A stretch of 64,000 nt of DNA from Anaerolineae bacterium (GTDB taxonomy: Bacteria > Chloroflexota > Anaerolineae > CG2-30-64-16), in the NCBI GenBank assembly GCA_040772005.1, contig JAXGYZ010000002.1, positions 573,061 through 637,060 on the forward strand, written 5' to 3'. Of this stretch, positions 57,899 to 64,000 are shown in pieces. Position 1 is the stretch's first letter, and the number at the start of each line of letters is the position of its first letter. Below the pieces are notes generated by a model that worked only from the letters and a program-made list of their open reading frames with translations, searched no databases and was not told the origin of the DNA. Position numbers and translations under genes: made by a program.

Positions 57899-58656
57899 GC
57901 TGCAAATCCCCAGCGTACCCGCACGACGAAATCGTCGAGGGCCGCGTAGTTGGTGGGCTCATCCGGCAGCGGGCTGTTGTCGTAAGCAGCCTGTAGTTTC
58001 TCCTGCAACCCGGCCAGCGCACGATCATGTTCGTCAATCGCCAACGAGATCACGGCCTTCTCGGTCGTCTTCGCGGCCACGATGTCCAGCAGATGCGGGT
58101 AACCGTACTCCGGCGCCAGCTCCACCAGGCTTGCGTTGACCTGGCCGGTCCGTAACAGGTGGATGCCCGTCAGACTGACACGATATGCGTACAACAGCGG
58201 CTTCAACCGGCCCATCCCACACAACGCTTCCTTGCGCCACTCCTGCCATTGCGTTCGGGCATAGCCGGCATAGGCCTGGTAGACATGGCGGGCAATGCCC
58301 CCCGCTTGCGTCAGGGCGCGCAGCTCTTCTGCCCAGACGGTATCTAGTACGACCAGCGGCGAAAAAAGCTGTTCCAGGTAGTTGCCGTTCTGGCGCAGCA
58401 GAAGCGTTACGAACTTAACGAGATCGTGGCTCACGAGGTCCACCTCGATGCCATCGAGCAACCACATGCGGTTGACAGTGACGATTGTTTCGCGCAATCC
58501 GATGAACTCGTTGACCGGCAGCACATGGCATGCACGCAGGTCCACATCACTATCAGGCGAAGGGAAGCCATACAGGTGCGCACCGCTGATTGTAGCAAAC
58601 AGGAATGGGTGAGGCAGCGCGCCGGTCAGTGCGCTGCGGTAATCTGTCGGATTCAT
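57895..58656 (-). CDS. Pol-beta-superfamily nucleotidyltransferase, paralogue of the downstream gene
   Basis: ISGAHLYGFPSPDSDVDLRA (SG-x10-DxD). Shares YAGYA...W and C-terminal helical regions with 57011-57898. Confidence 0.6.
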   Translation of the reverse strand: MNPTDYRSALTGALPHPFLFATISGAHLYGFPSPDSDVDLRACHVLPVNEFIGLRETIVTVNRMWLLDGIEVDLVSHDLVKFVTLLLRQNGNYLEQLFSPLVVLDTVWAEELRALTQAGGIARHVYQAYAGYARTQWQEWRKEALCGMGRLKPLLYAYRVSLTGIHLLRTGQVNASLVELAPEYGYPHLLDIVAAKTTEKAVISLAIDEHDRALAGLQEKLQAAYDNSPLPDEPTNYAALDDFVVRVRWGFAA

Positions 58657-58671
58657 GCTGCGGCCGCCTTT

Positions 58672-59814
58672 TCACCCCTCCCGGACTGCCTGGACGATGC
58701 CCGGCAGCTTCGCGAGCACAGCCTCAACATCGGACTCAGTGCTGGCACGGCCCAGGGTCAGCCGCAGCGCGCCGAGCGCGACCGTCGCATCATAGCCCAT
58801 GCCCGTCAGCACGGGGCTGGCCGTCGGTGTGCCGACCGCGCATGCGGACCCGGAGGAGGCGGCGATGCCCGCGAGGTCCAGCGCGATGAGCAGGGATTGT
58901 GCATCGGCGCCGTGGACCAGGAAACTGGCGTGGCCGGGCATGCGCCGGGTCGGATGGCCCGTCAATTCGACGTCGGGGATGGCGGCCAGGATGCCGCTGA
59001 CCAGCCGCTCGCGCAGCGCCAGCAGCCGGGCGGATTCTGCCTCCCGCTCGCCCTGGGCCAGTTCCAGCGCGGTCGCCAGCCCCACGATGTAGGGCACGTT
59101 CTCGGTGCCGGCGCGGCGTCCGCGTTCCTGGCTGCCGCCGGTCTGCGTGGGCAGCAGCCGCGTCCCCTTGCGCACGTAGAGCAGGCCGACGCCCTTCGGC
59201 CCGTAGAATTTGTGCGCGGAAAGCGCCAGCAGGTCCACGTTGAGCGCCTGCACGTCGAGCGGCAGGATGCCGCCCGCCTGCACCGCGTCCGTGTGGAACG
59301 GGACGCCGTGACGCTGCGCGATGGCCCCGAGCTCCGCGATGGGCTCCACCGTGCCCACCTCGTTGTTGGCGTACATCACGCTGATGAGCGCGGTGTCGGG
59401 CCGGATGGCCGCTTCAATCGCCGCAGGGTCCACGAGGCCGGTGTGATCCACCGGCACGACCGTCACGTCGAAATCGAAGTGCTCGGCCAGGTCGGTCAGG
59501 GTATGCAGCACGGCATGGTGCTCGATGGGCGTGGTGATGAGATGGCGGCGGCCCTTCGGGGCCGCGGCCAGCGCGACCCCGCGCAGGGCCAGGTTATCGC
59601 TCTCCGTGCCGCAACTCGTGAAGACGATTTCGGCGGGTTGGCAGCGCAGGATCGCGGCCACGCGCGCGCGCGCATCTTCCAGCGCGGCGGCCGCGCGGCG
59701 GCCCTGTCTGTAAATGCTGGATGCGTTACCGAAGACCTCGGTCCAATATGGTAACATCGCCTCAACGACGCGCGGGTCCACCGGCGTCGTGGCGGAGTGG
59801 TCAAGGTAAATCAT
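58672..59814 (-). CDS. iscS: Cysteine desulfurase (IscS/NifS family, class V aminotransferase)
   Basis: MIYLDHSATTP..., PLP-Lys region SAHKFYGPKG, active-site SSGSACAVG. AGGAG RBS. Confidence 0.85.
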   Translation of the reverse strand: MIYLDHSATTPVDPRVVEAMLPYWTEVFGNASSIYRQGRRAAAALEDARARVAAILRCQPAEIVFTSCGTESDNLALRGVALAAAPKGRRHLITTPIEHHAVLHTLTDLAEHFDFDVTVVPVDHTGLVDPAAIEAAIRPDTALISVMYANNEVGTVEPIAELGAIAQRHGVPFHTDAVQAGGILPLDVQALNVDLLALSAHKFYGPKGVGLLYVRKGTRLLPTQTGGSQERGRRAGTENVPYIVGLATALELAQGEREAESARLLALRERLVSGILAAIPDVELTGHPTRRMPGHASFLVHGADAQSLLIALDLAGIAASSGSACAVGTPTASPVLTGMGYDATVALGALRLTLGRASTESDVEAVLAKLPGIVQAVREG

Positions 59815-60055
59815 AGAGCGCTCCTGTGCTCTTATTGTACCCTGTCTCGGTGTTCCGACCAAACGGCCTGCGACATGACCTGCATCATGGACTCTGTGCC
59901 GTGGTTGCGTCATAATGAACGCGGCCTGTGCGCTGAGTGCCTGTGAGCAACAGGATGCCTCATCGCGCGCAGGCTGACGCTTGTCTTTACCCGGTCGATG
60001 GCGTGCAGTCTATATGCCTGATGCCTGACCGAACCCTCGAAAGGGAAGTCTGCCG

Positions 60056-62146
60056 ATGCTTGAAATGTTTACTGAAGCGCGTGGCGTCGCCGTCGTCGGC
60101 GCGTCCACCAGCCCGGAGAAGCTGGGCTACCAGGTTCTCCACAACATCATGCGATACGGTTATGCCGGCGGCATCTACCCCGTCAACCCGACTGCGCCGG
60201 AGATCCTGGGGCTGAAGGCCTATCCCACTGTGCTGGAATGCCCGGATCCTGTCGACCTCGCCGTCGTCCTCGTGCCTAACAAGGCAGTGCCCGGCGTCAT
60301 GGAGCAGTGCGGCCAGCGCGGGCTCAAGGGCGCAGTGGTCATCACTGCGGGGTTCCGCGAGGTGGGGCCGCAGGGCAAGGCGCTCGAACAGCAGGTGCTC
60401 GACATCTGCCACCGCTACAACATGCGGATGATCGGCCCCAACGTCCTCGGCATCATCGACACGGTGCTCAAGCTCAACGCCTCGTTTGCGGCGGGGATGC
60501 CTGACCACGGTCACATCGCCTTCATGTCGCAGTCGGGCGCGCTCTGCACGTCCATCCTCGACATGGCGCTGGGCCAGGGCATCGGCTTCTCCCGCTTCTA
60601 CAGCATCGGGAACAAGGCCGACATCAACGAGTTGGACCTCATCAAGACCTGGGCCGAAGATTCCGAAACCCGCGCTATCATGGCCTATCTGGAGGGCATC
60701 ACCAACGGGCCGGAGTTCATCCAGGTCGCCAGCGAAGTCACGCGCCACAAGCCCATCATCGCCATCAAATCGGGCACGACGAGCGCCGGCTCGCAGGCCG
60801 TGTCCTCGCACACGGGCACGCTGGCCGGCTCGGAGGCCGCCTATGACGCAGCCTTCAAGCAGGCCGGCATCATCCGCGCCGGCTCGGTGCAGGACCTGTT
60901 CGATTACGCCCGCGCCTTTGCCCGCCAGCCGCTGCTGACCGGCCCTGCGATTGCCGTCATCACCAACGCCGGCGGCCCGGGCATCATGGCCTCGGACGCC
61001 ATCGAGCACGCGGGGCTGCGTCTGGCCTCTCTCGCGCCGGAAACCAAGCAAGCCCTCCAGCCGCAACTGCCCGCCGCGGCGAGCGTGGCGAACCCGATCG
61101 ATGTCCTGGGCGATGCGCCTGCGGCGCGCTATGCCATCGCCATCGAAGCAGCGCTCAATGATCCGCATGTGAATGCCGTGCTGGTGGTGTTGACCCCGCA
61201 GACCTCGACGGAGATTCCGGAGACGGCAGAGGCGCTGGGCCGGCTGTCGAAGCAATACGGTAAGCCGTGTTTCGGCGCTTTCATGGGCGACTTCGCCATT
61301 CGCGATGGCGTGCAGGTCCTGCGCTCCTACGACGTGCCCAACTACCAGGTGCCGGAACGCGCCGTGTCTGCGATTGCCGCCATGTGGCATCAGCGCATGT
61401 GGCTGGACACCCCGCCGCTGGCGGTGGAGGACATGCCGGCCGACCGTGAGACGGTCAAGGAGCTCTTTGCCAAAGTGCGTGCCGAAGGCCGGGTCACGAT
61501 GGGTGACGCCGAAGCCCGCATGGTGCAGGAAGCCTACGGCATCCCGCTGCCCAAGTCGGTCATTGCCGCGACCGCGGATGACGCTGTCACCGCGGCCGAG
61601 GAAATCGGCTATCCGGTCGTCATGAAGATCGCGTCGCCCGACATCCTGCACAAGTCCGATATCGGCGGCATCAAGCTCAACATCACGTCCGCGAGCGAGG
61701 TCCGTGACGCTTTCGACCTGCTGGTATACCGCGGCCGGCGCTTCATGCCGGATGCCACCATCTGGGGCTGCCAGGTTCAGCAAATGGTCAAGGGCGGGCG
61801 GGAGATCATCATCGGCGTCAGTCGCGATCCGCAGTTCGGCCCGCTCATCATGTTCGGCCTGGGCGGCATCTACGTCGAGGCGCTCAAGGATGTCACGTTC
61901 CGTGTGGCCCCCATCGACCGCCGCAACGCGACCGAGATGCTGAACGAAATCCGGTCCTACAAGTTGCTGCGCGGCGTGCGCGGCGAGAAGCCGTCCGACA
62001 TGAAGGCCATCGTAGACACCCTCTTGCGCATCTCGCAACTGGTGACTGACTTCCCTGAAATCGTCGAGCTCGATATCAACCCGCTGTTGGTGTTCGAAGA
62101 AGGCCGCGGCGTAATGGGGATTGACATGCGGCTCGCTTTGAAGTAG
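60056..62146 (+). CDS. Acetate--CoA ligase (ADP-forming), fused alpha-beta (NDP-forming acyl-CoA synthetase)
   Basis: CoA-binding N-terminus VAVVGAS...; His-loop SGTTSAGSQAVSSHTGTLAG; C-terminal ATP-grasp. AAGGGAAG RBS. Confidence 0.85.
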   Translation: MLEMFTEARGVAVVGASTSPEKLGYQVLHNIMRYGYAGGIYPVNPTAPEILGLKAYPTVLECPDPVDLAVVLVPNKAVPGVMEQCGQRGLKGAVVITAGFREVGPQGKALEQQVLDICHRYNMRMIGPNVLGIIDTVLKLNASFAAGMPDHGHIAFMSQSGALCTSILDMALGQGIGFSRFYSIGNKADINELDLIKTWAEDSETRAIMAYLEGITNGPEFIQVASEVTRHKPIIAIKSGTTSAGSQAVSSHTGTLAGSEAAYDAAFKQAGIIRAGSVQDLFDYARAFARQPLLTGPAIAVITNAGGPGIMASDAIEHAGLRLASLAPETKQALQPQLPAAASVANPIDVLGDAPAARYAIAIEAALNDPHVNAVLVVLTPQTSTEIPETAEALGRLSKQYGKPCFGAFMGDFAIRDGVQVLRSYDVPNYQVPERAVSAIAAMWHQRMWLDTPPLAVEDMPADRETVKELFAKVRAEGRVTMGDAEARMVQEAYGIPLPKSVIAATADDAVTAAEEIGYPVVMKIASPDILHKSDIGGIKLNITSASEVRDAFDLLVYRGRRFMPDATIWGCQVQQMVKGGREIIIGVSRDPQFGPLIMFGLGGIYVEALKDVTFRVAPIDRRNATEMLNEIRSYKLLRGVRGEKPSDMKAIVDTLLRISQLVTDFPEIVELDINPLLVFEEGRGVMGIDMRLALK

Positions 62147-62179
62147 TCTGTGATTTGATCCCTTTAGGAGCTAAGCATT

Positions 62180-63250
62180 ATGAAGACTCTTTACATTACG
62201 TCTGCCGAGACCTTCTCCGGGAAGTCCGCCCTCTGCGTCGGGTTGGGGATGCAATTCCGCAAGGATGGGCTGAAGGTCGCGTACATGAAGCCCGTCAACG
62301 TCAACGCGCAGGTGCGGGATGGCGTGCCCTATGACGAGGATGTCTACTTCGCCAAGCAGGTCTACGGGATGACCGAGCCGGTTGACCTGATGTCGCCGGT
62401 GGCGTTGACCCCAGCCAAGCTGGAGCAGCAGTTGCGCGGGCCGGAAGTGGACTACGCGCCGAAGCTGATGGAAGCCATCAAGCGGCTGTCCGAGGGCCGC
62501 GATGTGCTGGTGATGGAGGGTGGCCGCAGTCTGCGTGAAGGTTACGTCGCAGGCCTGCCCCCCAAGCGGGTCGTCGAGCTGGCGAACGCCCAGGTAGTCG
62601 AGGTCATTCGCTACGATGACACGCTGCTGTATGACCGGGCGATGACGGGCCAGAACTACTTCGGTTCGGCCATGGTGGGGGTGGTCCTGAACGAAGTGCC
62701 GCGCACGCAGATGGAATTCGTGACGGACGTTGTGAAGCCCTTCCTGGCGCGCAAGGGCATCCACACCTTCGGCGTATTGCCGAACGAACAGATGCTGTCG
62801 GCGCCGAGCGTGCTCGAACTGGCTGAAGGACTGGGCGCGGAAATCCTGTGCGCGTCGGAATGCAGCGAAGAACTGGTGGAGCACATGCTGGTGGGCGCGA
62901 TGAGCGTCGAGAGTGCGCTGGCCTACTTCCGCCGCAAGCCGAATAAGGCCGTCATCACCGGCGGCGACCGGGCCGACATCCAACTGGCGGCGCTGGAAAC
63001 GTCGACCCGCTGCCTCATCCTGACGGGCAATCTCTATCCCAGCCCCTCCGTGCTCAACCGGGCTGAGGAACTGTGCGTGCCCGTGCTGCTGACCAAGCTG
63101 GACACCCTGACGACCATCGAAATCATCGAACGCTACTTCGGACGCAGCCGCTTCCAGCAGCCTCAGAAGATGGAACGCTTTGCCCACATTCTGCACGAGC
63201 ATTTCGACTATGCCACGCTGTACAAGTTGTTGGGCCTGACTGCCAAGTAA
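62180..63250 (+). CDS. Stand-alone phosphotransacetylase N-terminal-like protein (P-loop AAA_26 + DRTGG domains)
   Basis: ITSAETFSGKSALCVGL P-loop, DRTGG-type C-terminus (AVITGGDRADIQ). TAGGAG RBS. 33 nt after the acd stop. Confidence 0.7.
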   Translation: MKTLYITSAETFSGKSALCVGLGMQFRKDGLKVAYMKPVNVNAQVRDGVPYDEDVYFAKQVYGMTEPVDLMSPVALTPAKLEQQLRGPEVDYAPKLMEAIKRLSEGRDVLVMEGGRSLREGYVAGLPPKRVVELANAQVVEVIRYDDTLLYDRAMTGQNYFGSAMVGVVLNEVPRTQMEFVTDVVKPFLARKGIHTFGVLPNEQMLSAPSVLELAEGLGAEILCASECSEELVEHMLVGAMSVESALAYFRRKPNKAVITGGDRADIQLAALETSTRCLILTGNLYPSPSVLNRAEELCVPVLLTKLDTLTTIEIIERYFGRSRFQQPQKMERFAHILHEHFDYATLYKLLGLTAK

Positions 63251-63274
63251 CGTCTGCTGCCCGGCACACAAAGA

Positions 63275-63316
63275 ACGGGGCGGGTGCATCCTGTGATGTA
63301 CCGCCCCGTATTTTAT
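63275..63316 (+). terminator. Possible terminator hairpin (acggggcgg...ccgccccgt) + ATTTTAT between convergent genes
   Basis: 9-bp GC stem but a long (17-nt) loop and a weak U-tract. Confidence 0.35.
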
Positions 63317-63350
63317 GGGCCATGACCGCGTGACGCCTGACCTCTCGCTC

Positions 63351-64000
63351 TCAGGCCGCTTTCCGCTGCCAGGGGAGCTTGAGCCGGGCGCTGACCCCCC
63401 GGCGTGCGACGGTTTGTTTGCGCCGCTCCCCGGTTTCCTCGTCCTGGTAATAGTAGTAGTAGTAATAATATCCGTTGCGGCGCATGTCGAGCCGGTTGAG
63501 CGCGACGCCCAGGATGTTCGCGCCGGTCTTCTGCAACTCCGCGACTGCGTTGACCAGGGCCTGCTCGCGCGTCGCGCCTGCATCCGTAACCAGCAGCACA
63601 CCGTCCATCTGCCGGCCCAGCACTGCCGCGTCGGTCACCGCCAGCACGGGCGGGCTGTCGAAGATGATGACATCCGCATCTGCGGCTAACACCTCGACCA
63701 GGTGGGCCATGCGATGCGAGCCGAGCAGCTCGGAGGGGTTCGGCGGGATGGGACCGCTCGTCAACACCTGCAGACAGGACACTTCGGTCGGCTGAAGTTG
63801 TTCCTCGATCGCCATATCCTGACCGGCCAGCAGCGCAGTCGTCAAGCCGGTGTTGTTCGGTATGCCGAAGATTTTGTGCAGCATAGGCCGGCGCAGGTCG
63901 GTGTCGACCAGTATGACGCGCTGTCCCGTCTGGGCCATGACCACGGCCAGGTTGGCTGCGGTCGTGCTTTTGCCCTCGCCCGGGCTGGAGCTGGTGACAA
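63351..64000 (-). CDS. Tyrosine-protein kinase (BY-kinase / chain-length determinant) C-terminal part; gene continues beyond the window end
   Basis: The Walker A PGEGKSTTAANLAV sits at the window edge. Walker A'/B DTDLRRP...VIIFDSPP. C-terminal tyrosine cluster YYYYYYYY. Confidence 0.75.
   Translation of the reverse strand, partial: VTSSSPGEGKSTTAANLAVVMAQTGQRVILVDTDLRRPMLHKIFGIPNNTGLTTALLAGQDMAIEEQLQPTEVSCLQVLTSGPIPPNPSELLGSHRMAHLVEVLAADADVIIFDSPPVLAVTDAAVLGRQMDGVLLVTDAGATREQALVNAVAELQKTGANILGVALNRLDMRRNGYYYYYYYYQDEETGERRKQTVARRGVSARLKLPWQRKAA

Noticed and set aside
57011-58656. Tandem nucleotidyltransferases as a CBASS-like cyclic-nucleotide defence module
   Set aside because: There is no effector, E1/E2/JAB or HORMA/TRIP13 gene nearby. 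Both proteins are small minimal nucleotidyltransferases rather than cGAS/DncV-like enzymes, and the operon context is tRNA thiolation.

Overview
This 64-kb window is high-GC (about 65-68%) bacterial chromosome, densely coding with short intergenic gaps. Its gene content resembles a Chloroflexota-like filamentous bacterium, but this is inference only. Examples are a 5'-truncated DUF11/Thr-Pro-linker/YVTN beta-propeller surface protein, KorAB, ADP-forming acetyl-CoA synthetase, and many structured intergenic repeats.

Core metabolism and housekeeping genes present:
- a GntR regulator with korA-korB (2-oxoacid:ferredoxin oxidoreductase)
- glutamate dehydrogenase and Bcp peroxiredoxin
- fused ATP sulfurylase/APS kinase with a TauE exporter
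- degV-plsX and fabF
- GH127, an amidohydrolase and a PhyH dioxygenase
- Lhr helicase (1661 aa) with an upstream NUDIX gene and a divergent metallophosphoesterase
- a double thioredoxin, YfhO, Nnr, and mnmA with an iscS-like desulfurase
- ADP-forming acetyl-CoA synthetase plus a stand-alone Pta-N/DRTGG protein
- a BY-kinase 3' fragment with a poly-Tyr tail

The central ~13.5 kb (10.0-23.6 kb, minus strand) is a translationally coupled surface-polysaccharide (O-antigen/EPS-type) operon; its distal ~10.5 kb (13.1-23.6 kb) is a markedly lower-GC, probably horizontally acquired island. The operon encodes a Wzx flippase, a Wzy-like polymerase, four glycosyltransferases, an SDR epimerase, a WecA-like initiating transferase, a CapD/WbpM-like dehydratase and a PF14907-type nucleotidyltransferase. 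It is flanked by rfbA and, on the opposite strand, an O-antigen-ligase-family gene.

A tRNA-Leu(GAG) lies on the minus strand at 29486-29568, followed by a repeat-rich 1.4-kb non-coding stretch.

The most unusual content is non-coding and mobile. There are at least five families of small structured repeats:
- A 184-bp tandemly arrayed element (D) whose copies differ by compensatory and G·U-wobble-preserving substitutions, making it a candidate structured RNA.
- ~170-nt nested-palindrome families A and F. One F copy has perfect 16-bp terminal inverted repeats and a 9-bp target-site duplication, the classic signature of a miniature inverted-repeat transposable element (MITE).
- A ~60-bp hairpin element (E).
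- A GATTGAA heptamer-repeat hairpin element. One copy sits in-frame inside the capD-like gene and another supplies the stop codon of a membrane-protein gene.
- Beyond these five families, a 565-bp cassette carries a GxxExxY (PD-(D/E)XK-like) gene bounded by 24-bp inverted repeats.

The most unusual protein-coding observation is a tandem pair of paralogous Pol-beta-fold nucleotidyltransferases inserted between the cysteine desulfurase and mnmA.

No CRISPR array, rRNA or obvious defence operon was seen. All calls rest on reading the sequence and ORF translations by eye; no searches were run.
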